Assembly (NCBI GenBank): GCA_043803945.1
Contig: JAZDJN010000087.1
Coordinates: 317,126 to 381,125, forward strand
Source: a bacterium
Lineage (GTDB): Bacteria > Bacteroidota > Ignavibacteria > UBA10030
Length of the DNA: 64,000 nucleotides
Direction of reading: 5' to 3'
Of this stretch, positions 1-9,591 are shown in pieces (the stretch's first letter is position 1; each line of letters starts with the position of its first letter). Made by a program: the position numbers and the translations under genes. Under the pieces are notes generated by a model. It was not told where the DNA came from and did no database searches. It worked only from the letters and a program-made list of their open reading frames with translations.

Positions 1-2435
1 AATTCTGTGCTTGATTGTTGAATAAACACAGTAAATCGGATCCACCGAGCGGCAGGATCAATCAATTCACCTAACTTCTCTGCAACTTTTTGTCGCAGGT
101 TATTGATGGATCCTTCATTTGTTGTCTGAATGCCAAACTCGCTTGCTGTTTCTTCCACTATTGCTGGAGGCATGGTGGTTTCAGGAATCGTTGAATCTAT
201 TACTCCTGGTTGCGGAACAACTGGTGGTTGTCCAATGGGAAGTTGAGGAGATCCACCCTCCTCCACAAATGGCTCTACCACGAGAACATCATTCCATTCA
301 GTTCCTGCAAAAGCCGGTGTACTGCCACAGTATCTTGTTCGAGCATTCTTCAAACCAACGCGCTTGTCCTTACACAATTGTGAGAATGCTTGAGTTAGAA
401 TAGTTTCAGCCGTGAAGACGGGGAATCCAAGAGTTTTTTTATAGGTCGCCTTGATTTCACCAACCGTCCTATCAAAAATGAGTTTACCTGGTTCCTCTTG
501 CAGACAATCAATAATATGATCCTCAAATCTTTGACGTGGATAAATATTTTGTTGCAGTTGTGTTAGTACCTCTGTCCGATTTGTGGCGGAGCCAAGTGGT
601 TCAAGTTCAAATTCAAGCGTTTGTTCTCCGTTTGCTTTTGTGTGGATTGACACATAATACAGACCGGCCTTCTTAAAGACCTCATCGATATATCGAACGT
701 TCTCAATGCTGATTTTCTCGTATTGTCGTTTTCTCTCAGCATCGTTAGTGTGGCCGGCAAGATTTGAAGCTGACATTGCGAGCTGCGCCCATTTTACTAA
801 ATCAGGATTATCCAGGGCGTTAAATGATTCGGATTTTGGCTCAAGAAGAATTATTTGATTGCGTATTTCAGCGCCATGATAAACAAAGGCTTTCTCTGTC
901 TTGTCTAATCGGTGGGGTGCGAGAACCCAGCGGAGGCTATTTTTATCCAGTTGGGAAAGAGAATTTCGTGCTTGTGAAGAATCTCTAAAAATAACTGCAT
1001 TTGAATCACCAAATACATTTACCCGCCAACGAGTTAACGAAAACTCTCGTGCATCGTTAGGATCGATCTTCAGGGCACCATACTCCACCTTAGCATACGG
1101 TTTTTCTTGAGTGTCGAAGAAATAAGATTCTTCTGAGCGCTGGAAGTAAGCTCCAAGTTTATCAAGCGCTTGCAATGTCGCTTGGAAGACATTAAAATCG
1201 TCTCCTGGTTTTATGACCTGACGTTGAAGCTCTGCTTCCTTTATTCCTCTAATCGAACCACTACCAGTAAGAGTCGCACTAAGCGTAGCTGAGACAACTT
1301 CAGTAGAAAATGGCAAGGAATGCAGATCTCTTAAATCTGCTTGTGCGCAATTTAAGATGTGTTGCCCGGGATCGAGATCTGTGAGTCGATTACGAATACC
1401 GTTATCGTTGATATCGATGTGAGCTGCGGTAATGATATCTGTCTTTTTATAAGTGTTACGAACGACATTTGCCAGAAGCCCAAGTGGTCCTCTGTTACCT
1501 TGAAAATTTTGTCTAAGGACTCTATGAAGAAACATATTGAGTAGCTCTGGAGAAAATGGGAAACTACTTCTCAATTGATCGGAATATTTTTCATCTACAA
1601 CAATGCCAACCTTCTTCCATTGATTGACATAACTGGAGATGACATTATCGACTTTCGCCCGATCGACGGAATTGGCATTTGAAAAAAGGCGATGGAGGAT
1701 CACATTTTGTCGATCACGGGGTTCAGTGAACTTCACATTTATAGGACCAACTCGTTTTAAGGTATCTCCCGGTTCTTTGGTTGCTTCGTATACCGATGCG
1801 AACATAGTAACGGAAGTTGTATCAGTACGATTTGCTTCCTCGCTCAATTGCTGAAGAAAAAGGATATTCTGCTTTTGGTTAAAATCATGTGGCATACTTT
1901 GAATACCCATCTCGAGCTCATCGAGAATGAGGATTAATTTTTTACCCGATAAGGCAATTCTGAGCTCATCGAGATTTGGTACTTTCTTTGGATCAATCTT
2001 TGAGGCCAATCCAAGTTTATCGAACACCATCCACCAAATCGAATCGAGAGGAAAATCTGTAAACTTATGAATTATAACCGTGACGTCTTCCGGGAGATTG
2101 CAGGTTAGATTATGTTTAGCAAGCCAAGTTCTGGCAATTGATGGACTGGTGAAGAGGTGATAGATTAACAATTCGAGATGTGACTTACCGCTTCCTTTGA
2201 ATCCTTCCAGAAGAAATAATCCTGGTGTTCGTTCACTCGAATTGAACCGCTGGTGTAAATTTTCCAATACTATCTTGACGTCAGCGGTTGGATAGGTGAT
2301 ATCGAAGAAGTCTTGGGGTCGGGACTCAATAGATTTCTTCTTTTGATCCCTTAGATTCTCAAGATCGATAACTCCTTCGATTCCATCTTTTTTGAGGACT
2401 TCTGGGCGGGGGGTAATGATGTCGGAAAGGCTCAT
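1..2435 (-). CDS. DUF499-family AAA+ ATPase, anti-phage associated; 3' end lies outside the window (>811 aa)
   Basis: Not in the ORF track. ATG at 2435 with an AAGGAGA RBS. Manual translation gives MSLSDIITPRPEVLKKDGIEGVIDLENL...FFDITYPT, Walker A EGFKGSGKSH, Walker B LILILDELE, FPFSPEL and NFQGNRG. The frame reads open at every stretch I translated, down to the window edge. Confidence 0.8.
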   Translation of the reverse strand, partial: MSLSDIITPRPEVLKKDGIEGVIDLENLRDQKKKSIESRPQDFFDITYPTADVKIVLENLHQRFNSSERTPGLFLLEGFKGSGKSHLELLIYHLFTSPSIARTWLAKHNLTCNLPEDVTVIIHKFTDFPLDSIWWMVFDKLGLASKIDPKKVPNLDELRIALSGKKLILILDELEMGIQSMPHDFNQKQNILFLQQLSEEANRTDTTSVTMFASVYEATKEPGDTLKRVGPINVKFTEPRDRQNVILHRLFSNANSVDRAKVDNVISSYVNQWKKVGIVVDEKYSDQLRSSFPFSPELLNMFLHRVLRQNFQGNRGPLGLLANVVRNTYKKTDIITAAHIDINDNGIRNRLTDLDPGQHILNCAQADLRDLHSLPFSTEVVSATLSATLTGSGSIRGIKEAELQRQVIKPGDDFNVFQATLQALDKLGAYFQRSEESYFFDTQEKPYAKVEYGALKIDPNDAREFSLTRWRVNVFGDSNAVIFRDSSQARNSLSQLDKNSLRWVLAPHRLDKTEKAFVYHGAEIRNQIILLEPKSESFNALDNPDLVKWAQLAMSASNLAGHTNDAERKRQYEKISIENVRYIDEVFKKAGLYYVSIHTKANGEQTLEFELEPLGSATNRTEVLTQLQQNIYPRQRFEDHIIDCLQEEPGKLIFDRTVGEIKATYKKTLGFPVFTAETILTQAFSQLCKDKRVGLKNARTRYCGSTPAFAGTEWNDVLVVEPFVEEGGSPQLPIGQPPVVPQPGVIDSTIPETTMPPAIVEETASEFGIQTTNEGSINNLRQKVAEKLGELIDPAARWIRFTVFIQQSSTE

Positions 2436-2575
2436 TGTTTTCTCCTTATTTCCTAATTCAAATATAAAAGAAATAAGGAATTATATCAAGACGCTTTCAA
2501 GAATTCTTGAAATGTCTTGATTTATCCGTGTAAACCGCAACCCTTTTATAGATTAGGGACCGTTATAAATAACAC

Positions 2576-2610
2576 AAAGGGTTGTCTCTCTTGTTCGAGG
2601 GACAACCCTT
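2576..2610 (-). terminator. Stem-loop downstream of ctpA, probable intrinsic terminator
   Basis: Inverted repeat AAGGGTTGTCTCTC / GAGGGACAACCCTT about 25 nt after the ctpA stop. Confidence 0.65.
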
Positions 2611-2635
2611 CTTGCTCTACTCTTAATGAATGGGG

Positions 2636-4270
2636 CTATTTCAAGTTGGCAAACTTCGCCGCTTCCGGCAACAGGCTTAGCGCTTTCTGGAACTGCGTAT
2701 CAACCTGCAGCATGACAGGATACCAGCCGTCGTTTGCCCAGAAACTATGGGCGATATGCCCTTTGATTCTTGTCTTGATATAGGCAATATCCTTTTCAAA
2801 TTCACTCTCGTTGATTGTGATCTCTTTCTTCTTGATAAAGGCTCTGAACTCTGCAAGGATCTTCTCGTCAACGGTAAAGGATGTGAGATATTTTTTCAGA
2901 TCGCTGCTCCAGTTTTGCCGAATCCCCTGTCCGGCTCCATCGAGGTAAGCTGTTACAAATTGATAGAAGAGGTCCCGGCGGAAGAGGTCCTCCGTAGTTT
3001 TGGTCAGGTTCATCGGTTTAATAACAAAGTCGGGTGTAACACCGCCGCCGCCATAGACGATGCGCCCCTTATTGGTTTTAAACATCGGGCGGGTTGTATC
3101 GGCAGTCTCTTTAAGGTCTTTCTTGTGTTCGAGATTATCGCCTTCCTGCTCGTTGCGCTCAAAGGCCTCACGCTGGTATGCAGATTTATCTTTCCCTTCG
3201 TACATGCGCTGAATTAATCTTCCGCTTGGAGTATAGTAACGTGCAATGGTCAGCCGGATGCCGGAGCCATCGGGAAAATCGAGCTGCCGCTGGACAAGCC
3301 CCTTGCCAAAGCTTGTCTCGCCAACGATGAGGCCGCGGTCCCAATCCTGGATTGCGCCAGCAACGATTTCGCTTGCACTGGCAGATGCGTTATTCAGCAG
3401 AATAACCAGAGGGATTTTTTCGTACTCCTGACCTGTTGTTGCCACATACCGTTCTTCTATTTCCGGCCTTCGTGCTTTGGTGTATACGATGTTCTTCGGT
3501 TTATCCTTCGTTCCGCCATCGAGAAAGAGGTCGGCCATGCGTACCGCCTGTTCCATCACACCGCCGGGATTGTTCCGCAGGTCAAGAATCAGTTTTTTCA
3601 TCCCTCGATCCTTCAAGCCGGCAAGAGTACGCTTCATTTCATCATCGGTGGTCAGAGCAAACTTGTTGACACTGATATACCCAACCTCGTCGTTAATCAT
3701 GGTTGCTACATCGACACTCTTGATATCGATAATATCGCGGACGATATCGTACGTGAGGAGTTCCTTCACACCGGGGCGAATGATGCCGACCTTCACGCGC
3801 GTTCCCTTGGGGCCCCGCAGCCGTTTTGACGCTTCTTCAACACGAATACTAACGGATGCACTGTCGTTGATTTTTACAATCCGATCGTTTGCCATAATGC
3901 CGAGCCTTGCAGCAGGACCGCCGCCCATTGGTTCCAGCACAATGATCGAGTCGTTCAGTTCGCGTATTGACAGCCCAACCCCCTGATAGTTACCGCGCAT
4001 CTCCTCCGTCACCCGTGCAAATTGCGTGGGCCTGAAATACATGGAGTGCGGGTCCAGGCTGTCGATCATCCCGTAGATCGCCCCATCAACAAGATTTTTT
4101 ACGCTCACCTCCTCAACATAGTACTTCTCTGTGAAGCTGAGAACATCCTGGAACTTCTTGATCTGTTCATACATATTGTCGGCAGAGCTTAACTCTCGGG
4201 ATTGAAAACCGAGAAACAGTGCAACGAGGACAAGGACGACAAGCGTGCCGGCCGAAAACTTCTTTTTCAT
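2636..4270 (-). CDS. ctpA: S41 family carboxyl-terminal processing protease with PDZ domain
   Basis: Signal/anchor, LDPHS, PDZ GVGLSI, DLRNNPGG, catalytic SASASE and SFGKGLVQ. Confidence 0.93.
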   Translation of the reverse strand: MKKKFSAGTLVVLVLVALFLGFQSRELSSADNMYEQIKKFQDVLSFTEKYYVEEVSVKNLVDGAIYGMIDSLDPHSMYFRPTQFARVTEEMRGNYQGVGLSIRELNDSIIVLEPMGGGPAARLGIMANDRIVKINDSASVSIRVEEASKRLRGPKGTRVKVGIIRPGVKELLTYDIVRDIIDIKSVDVATMINDEVGYISVNKFALTTDDEMKRTLAGLKDRGMKKLILDLRNNPGGVMEQAVRMADLFLDGGTKDKPKNIVYTKARRPEIEERYVATTGQEYEKIPLVILLNNASASASEIVAGAIQDWDRGLIVGETSFGKGLVQRQLDFPDGSGIRLTIARYYTPSGRLIQRMYEGKDKSAYQREAFERNEQEGDNLEHKKDLKETADTTRPMFKTNKGRIVYGGGGVTPDFVIKPMNLTKTTEDLFRRDLFYQFVTAYLDGAGQGIRQNWSSDLKKYLTSFTVDEKILAEFRAFIKKKEITINESEFEKDIAYIKTRIKGHIAHSFWANDGWYPVMLQVDTQFQKALSLLPEAAKFANLK

Positions 4271-4488
4271 AAAATCACCTTTTTCACAACCTCTATCAAT
4301 ATCATGATCGCGTAGTTACCTTATGTAACGAACAAGATGCAATAACAATTCCTTCATTAAAATACGAAATAACCCGCTCAGACAAAACTGTTATTTCTCC
4401 AATTCCTGTTTCTTATTCCTGATGGTATAAAAATCTTGTCGGTTCTTTCATATCACAACATCTTAACTGATCTCACACCACCGTGCAT

Positions 4489-4511
4489 AAAAAACCCCAG
4501 CAGAGCCGGGG
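4489..4511 (-). terminator. Rho-independent terminator of the decarboxylase-kinase-TPR operon
   Basis: Minus strand CCCCGGC-TCT-GCTGGGG followed by a T-run, about 30 nt after the TPR gene stop. Confidence 0.75.
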
Positions 4512-4541
4512 CGCGTGCAACACAGCTCGTTTTTCTCATCA

Positions 4542-5513
4542 TTAATTCATAAGCTCGCTGACCCGTTTTTGTGCATTCACCTTATCGGGCCCATCGGCAA
4601 TCAAGACAAGGTAGATTTGATAGTATTGGACAGCCTCAGTGAATGAGCCGCGGAATTCGTACATTTGCGCTTTCCTAAACAGGTGCGATGCTGTCGAAGG
4701 ATCTGCTTTCAGTGCCCGTCCATAGTGTGCCACGGCGACATCGACTTTCCCTTTTGCAACATAGGCATCGCCTAGAAGCCGGTACCCTTCTGAATCATCG
4801 GGAGTGAGCATCAAACATTTTTCAAGGACAGCAATTGCATCGTCGATCCGTTTTTTTGAAAAGAGAAACTCTCCAAGGCGCCTATAGGCTTCGCCCGCTC
4901 CGGGCTTCACCTTGATTGCCTTTCTGAAGCAATCTTCTGAGAGCTTGAAGTTTCCTTTTTCTGCCATTACTTTTCCAATGGCGAGTAACCCCATATAGGA
5001 ATCAAGCCGATATATTTGTTGTGCCTGGACATGGGCCTTATCGAATCCGCCTCCTAACAACGAAGGAGCAAGAAGGTAATACTCCAGCAATGCCTCCCGA
5101 TAGGGAACTGAGTTTGCATCATACTGGACCGCTTCTTCCAGATGCTCTTTTACTTCAAGCGCAATGAAGGGTTTGCGAAGCATCCCGGCAGAAGGGAATT
5201 CAAGTTTATAAGCTTCAGCAAGCTTGTAGTGATACTCGGCGTTTTGCCGCTCCAGTGAAACGGCAAGCTCAAATTCCTTGATTGCCTCCATCGTCTTGCC
5301 CGGTTCCGCAAGCAATGCAATGCCGCTCAGATAATGTGCTTTTGCCCTGTCGTCCCCATCAGACCTCATCTCACCGGAAAGGGTCTCAGCATGAAGTTCC
5401 TGTTGGAGGGTGTACACAGGTGGTTGATTTGCTTCAACCTCTTCGTTCAACACAACCAGGGAGAGTAGGAGTATTAAAATCCCCCATGCGATTGAATACG
5501 CCTGTTTTTTCAT
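4542..5513 (-). CDS. Secreted tetratricopeptide-repeat protein
   Basis: Likely start MKKQAYSIAWGILILLLSLVVL (signal-like). Multiple TPR motifs such as AEYHYKLAEAY, EAYRRLGEFL and EGYRLLGDAY. Confidence 0.8.
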   Translation of the reverse strand: MKKQAYSIAWGILILLLSLVVLNEEVEANQPPVYTLQQELHAETLSGEMRSDGDDRAKAHYLSGIALLAEPGKTMEAIKEFELAVSLERQNAEYHYKLAEAYKLEFPSAGMLRKPFIALEVKEHLEEAVQYDANSVPYREALLEYYLLAPSLLGGGFDKAHVQAQQIYRLDSYMGLLAIGKVMAEKGNFKLSEDCFRKAIKVKPGAGEAYRRLGEFLFSKKRIDDAIAVLEKCLMLTPDDSEGYRLLGDAYVAKGKVDVAVAHYGRALKADPSTASHLFRKAQMYEFRGSFTEAVQYYQIYLVLIADGPDKVNAQKRVSELMN

Positions 5514-5579
5514 GGCATTGTTCCTTGTCTGCTGTCTTAGCAATACGACAAACTTGTACCGATGTTGCACGAAGAACGC

Positions 5580-6728
5580 TTATCCCTTTATAGCGGCAGC
5601 ACCTGCTGCGGCTTCCTTTTGGTTTTCCTCTCCAATACGATACGGTACTTTTATACACACTTCCAGCCCCTTCGCTGGGATACTGGTAAATTGGAGGGCT
5701 TCAAGGTCGCCATAGAGCTGAATCAAACGGGCCCTTGTATTGCTCAATCCGATTCCTTCTGTAATCCCGGTGCCATTTTCACTCGGCAGCCCGGGCCCAT
5801 TATCAATAACAGTAAGATGTACTTTTTCGTTCATTTTACGGGCAGCAATAGTTACCATTCCCCCGCTCCGCCGGGTATTGACGGCGTACTTAATCGCATT
5901 TTCGACAATCGGCTGAAGGATGAGATTAGGAACCTTCAAGGGGAGCAGTTCTTTTGGAATATCGATGACGACTTTAAGGCGGCGCCCGAACCGCACTTTC
6001 TCTATCTCTAGATATTGTTGAAGAAAATCAATTTCTTCCTTCAACGTCACCTCCTGCACGCCAACGGTCTTCAGGGAATAGCGCAGAAGGTCACCCAGTC
6101 TCGTCAGAACCCGATCGGCATCGTCAACATTTTTATGCATGAGCGAAGAAATTGCATTCAGGGTGTTAAAGAGAAAGTGCGGGTGAAGTTGCATTTTCAA
6201 TGCCTGAAGTTCTGCCTGGGTGAGTTGTTGTTTCAGTTTCATCGTATGCAGTTCGTGCTCACGATAGCGATGATAGTATTCAACAAGATACCCAACGGCG
6301 AGCACAATCCAGTACGTGAGCACATTCATGTGGAAATTCACAGCAAAGAGAAACTCCACCGACCGAAATTCTTCAAAGAGTTGAAGAGCATATGGCCTGA
6401 AGGACATATCCACAATCTGCGCGGCGATCAACTGGGTTACTGCGAGGATGAAGCTTACCGGTATATGAACGAGGAGTGCCCGAATGATCGATTGCCGTTC
6501 AAAGCGGAATCGTTTCGCGAGCCAGAAGATTATCGGCGTGAAGAGCGCCCAGAGGTAGTAAAATGGAAGATTGATCTGAATTGCGCGCGACCAGGAGATC
6601 GACGATTTCAAAATATCGGCATACCAGACATACGCCTGCGACGCGAAGAACAATCCCACGAGCGTCCAGATTAACCACACGAGAAGCCACCGAACCAGCC
6701 GATATTCAAAAAGCTTGTGCTTGAACAT
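5580..6728 (-). CDS. LytS/YehU-family membrane sensor histidine kinase
   Basis: N-terminal TM helices, LKMQLHPHFLFNTLN, LQPIVENAIKY, DNGPG and GIGLSN. Confidence 0.93.
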   Translation of the reverse strand: MFKHKLFEYRLVRWLLVWLIWTLVGLFFASQAYVWYADILKSSISWSRAIQINLPFYYLWALFTPIIFWLAKRFRFERQSIIRALLVHIPVSFILAVTQLIAAQIVDMSFRPYALQLFEEFRSVEFLFAVNFHMNVLTYWIVLAVGYLVEYYHRYREHELHTMKLKQQLTQAELQALKMQLHPHFLFNTLNAISSLMHKNVDDADRVLTRLGDLLRYSLKTVGVQEVTLKEEIDFLQQYLEIEKVRFGRRLKVVIDIPKELLPLKVPNLILQPIVENAIKYAVNTRRSGGMVTIAARKMNEKVHLTVIDNGPGLPSENGTGITEGIGLSNTRARLIQLYGDLEALQFTSIPAKGLEVCIKVPYRIGEENQKEAAAGAAAIKG

Positions 6729-6744
6729 ATCTTAAATAATCCAC

Positions 6745-8232
6745 CTACTTTGTACGCAATGATTGTTTCTGTTTCTCTGCTTCTTCCTTAATGATGTGCC
6801 AGACAGAGCGAACATCCTCTTCGCGAACCCGCAGATGACTGACGACAAGCCGGATAACATAGTCCCCTTTCAACTTCGTATGGGAAAGATAGGCTTTGCC
6901 GGTTTTGTTAACGGTATGCATTAGGCGTTCATTGAACGCATTCAATTCCGTTTCACTCTGAATGTCTTTTGGGTGCGCGCGAAAACAAATCGTGCTGAGC
7001 GGGACCGGTGCCATCAGTTCAAACTCCGGATCGTTTTTAATCCACGAAGCAGCTTCACGGGCAAGACGAATATGTTCTCTGAATCGCGCTGCCAATCCTT
7101 CCCACCCAAAATACCGGATGACAAACCAGAGTTTGAGTGCGCGAAACCTGCGCCCAAGCTGGAGTCCGTAATCCATCAAGTTCTCAACCTCGCTGTCTGC
7201 CTGTGTACGAAGATATTCGGGAATGAGGCTGAATGCCTGTTTCAAGACGGCCGGTTTGCGTGTATAGAACGCACTGAGGTCTACAGGCACCGCCATCCAC
7301 TTGTGCGGATTAATCACAAGCGAGTCGGCCCGGTTGCATCCATTGAGAATGTACTGCATCTCGGGTATAATGGCGGCAGTACCACCATGGGCCGCATCAA
7401 CATGAAGCCAGAGATTCTCGCTCTCGCAAATGTCGGCAATGCGCGGAACAGGATCGATGCTCGTGCATGACGTTGTACCAACTGTTGCGGTGACACAGAA
7501 CGGCCTGATGCCGCGGCGCCGGTCTTCCTGAATTGCCTCTTCCAGCGCCTCCGGGATCATCTGGAAGGAATCGTCAACCGGAATTTTTCGCACACCATCC
7601 AATCCAAAACCGAGCGTGATCGCCGCTTTATCGATAGATGAGTGCGCAAATTCAGAAGCATACATACGCAATTTTGGCAGATCTGTTCTGCCGGACATTC
7701 CCTGCTCACGGATGTGGAGGTCACCCGCCTGCTCCCGCGCAGCCACAAATGCGTGCATCGTGCTGATCGACGCCGTATCGTAGATGATGCCCCAGTACTC
7801 CTCCGGTAATCCAATCATTTGCCTGAGCCAGCTTAGTGTGACCTGCTCCAGTTCCGTCACAACGGGTCCGGTTTGCCAGATCATGCCGTTCACACTGAAT
7901 GCCGCACTATAGATATCGGCAAGAATTCCCGGGCTGCTCGCGGATGAGGTAAAGTAGGCAAAGAACCGCGGATGATTCCAGTGCGTCATACCGGGCATGA
8001 TGAGTGGATCAATGTCTGCAAGAATTTCTTCCATCCGTTGACCCTGAAGGGGCGGCGACTGCGGTAATGAATTCTTGATTTGCCCCGGCTTGACGGTGGG
8101 AAGGACTGGAAGCTCTTCGAGCCGGTCAAAATAATCCGAGACCCAGTCGATAACGTCATGGCCGCTGCTTCTAAACTCTTCCGTTGGCATATCGCCGGCA
8201 GAGGGTGGTTGTTTATGTTCGTCGTTGTTCAT
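6745..8232 (-). CDS. PLP-dependent group II aromatic L-amino-acid decarboxylase (DDC-like)
   Basis: MTHWNHPRFFAYF, LWLHVDAAHGG, PLP lysine in INPHKW, and LGRRFRALKLWFV. Confidence 0.9.
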   Translation of the reverse strand: MNNDEHKQPPSAGDMPTEEFRSSGHDVIDWVSDYFDRLEELPVLPTVKPGQIKNSLPQSPPLQGQRMEEILADIDPLIMPGMTHWNHPRFFAYFTSSASSPGILADIYSAAFSVNGMIWQTGPVVTELEQVTLSWLRQMIGLPEEYWGIIYDTASISTMHAFVAAREQAGDLHIREQGMSGRTDLPKLRMYASEFAHSSIDKAAITLGFGLDGVRKIPVDDSFQMIPEALEEAIQEDRRRGIRPFCVTATVGTTSCTSIDPVPRIADICESENLWLHVDAAHGGTAAIIPEMQYILNGCNRADSLVINPHKWMAVPVDLSAFYTRKPAVLKQAFSLIPEYLRTQADSEVENLMDYGLQLGRRFRALKLWFVIRYFGWEGLAARFREHIRLAREAASWIKNDPEFELMAPVPLSTICFRAHPKDIQSETELNAFNERLMHTVNKTGKAYLSHTKLKGDYVIRLVVSHLRVREEDVRSVWHIIKEEAEKQKQSLRTK

Positions 8233-8269
8233 CGTCGTTCACTGGTGCGCTGGCGCAGCACACTCACCC

Positions 8270-9187
8270 TTACCGGGAGGAAGGCTGCACCGGTGATGTT
8301 ACGTCAAAAACAATTCTCCACTTGTTATCCAACTCCCTCCTCCACACCCTTGCGAAGTATCCTTGCTCGATAATTGTAGAATCGGAAAGCAGTTCGCTTT
8401 GTGTGTAACTGCCGTAGGTGTACCCCAGGTCGGCAGAACTTGCTGTTTCTGCTTTTTGTATTTCCCAGGTGATCATAAGTTTTTTCGGAGAGAAATAGCG
8501 CTCGATGGTATCCCTGCCGACGAATGGTTCCAGATTTTGACGATAGAGCCGCGACTCGTCCGCAAGGTGGAGGGAGAGCGCGGTACGATATCCTTCCGTT
8601 TTCACATCTCTTAGGAACTCGCTCTCACCGGCGCCCAACGATGATTCTATGCTGCTCTGCTTATAAGAACCTGCAAGCTGCGGCGGCCGTTTTGCGCTTG
8701 CTCTCCGAACCTGCCTGTCACCGGTGAATGGCGTTCCTGTTTGAATGCCAAGATCCAGGGCAACATTCCATTGGCCATCGGATTGCTTTTTCCAAACAGT
8801 AAAATAATATCCATGCCTTGCTGGTTTTTTCTCCGCTGTGTTATCGGTAAGCGTAAATGGGCCCGTTGTATAGCCGAGAGCGCCATCCTGGGAGACATCG
8901 GCAACAATTGGCTGCCAGTCCAGTGTTACTGCAAGAGGATTTTCGGGCGGAGGCACCTTTTTCATGGCCTCTTTGTACTTTAGAGGATTCGGGCGAAACA
9001 CAATTCCTTCATCGGAGAAGAACTTCATAAACGCATCGCGCACTCCGTGGGCAACACTGTATCGGGCGAAGGATCGCTCTGCTTCGACAAGCGATTGAAA
9101 GGAAGCGTCTTCCTGCTGTGTCCAAACTAGACCTCCACAGAGGAACAGAAAAAAGAGTCCTGGCCAGATTTTTTGAGAATCCATCAT
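8270..9187 (-). CDS. Secreted tandem NTF2-like (DUF4440/SnoaL) domain protein
   Basis: Signal peptide and two homologous halves: GALGYTTGPF...GYYFTVWKKQSDGQW and ADLGYTYGSY...GYFARVWRRELDNKW. Confidence 0.8.
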   Translation of the reverse strand: MMDSQKIWPGLFFLFLCGGLVWTQQEDASFQSLVEAERSFARYSVAHGVRDAFMKFFSDEGIVFRPNPLKYKEAMKKVPPPENPLAVTLDWQPIVADVSQDGALGYTTGPFTLTDNTAEKKPARHGYYFTVWKKQSDGQWNVALDLGIQTGTPFTGDRQVRRASAKRPPQLAGSYKQSSIESSLGAGESEFLRDVKTEGYRTALSLHLADESRLYRQNLEPFVGRDTIERYFSPKKLMITWEIQKAETASSADLGYTYGSYTQSELLSDSTIIEQGYFARVWRRELDNKWRIVFDVTSPVQPSSR

Positions 9188-9307
9188 CCTTGTTTCCCTT
9201 GATCCAGAGTTGTCCTCACGGGTTTGATTGATTCTGCCTGTTCTTGAACGTCCACGGGAGTATTGTACTCAATAGTTCCAATAAAAAACATCATGTCTGT
9301 TCCGGTA

Positions 9308-9451
9308 AATAAAGAAGCCCGCGACTGACGATCTGAAGGAAGCAATACCACACGCAAGGGATATAAGGAGGGGATGTCCTTCCGAAGGAATGATATCGGG
9401 GGACGTGTACGGTATGAAGGCCTCCCGCTTAGTCAACAGCGGGCTTTCAAC
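9308..9451 (-). ncRNA. Candidate ~140-nt rod-shaped small RNA or structured leader
   Basis: TATACT -10 (9458-9463, minus) lies just upstream. Nested complementary segments AAGCCCGC/GCGGGCTT, TGAC/GTCA, ATACC/GGTAT, ACACG/CGTGT and GATAT/ATATC. The 3' end is U-rich (CUUCUUUAUUU). Confidence 0.5.
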
Positions 9452-9484
9452 GCTACCAGTATAGAAAAGAACATAATAGCTTCA

Positions 9485-9515
9485 CCCTCAGGATACAACC
9501 CTGAGGGCGTTTTTT
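9485..9515. terminator. Hairpin between lytTR and the candidate sRNA promoter
   Basis: CCCTCAGG / CCTGAGGG 8-bp stem; the T-run is on the plus strand. Confidence 0.45.
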
Positions 9516-9591
9516 CAACCGCTTAGGGATAATGTCCAATCAAACGGTGTCAGAGTGGTTATATTTGCACACCAATATTCTTCCCCTGGTG

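Noticed and set aside
119-1854. Short track ORFs in the first 2 kb
   Set aside because: They are shadows of the long minus-strand DUF499 frame.
9326-9420. CsrB/RsmZ-like RNA on the plus strand (several GGA motifs)
   Set aside because: The -10 box and U-rich end both point to the minus strand, and the GGA motifs are not in separate short hairpin loops. Not fully excluded.
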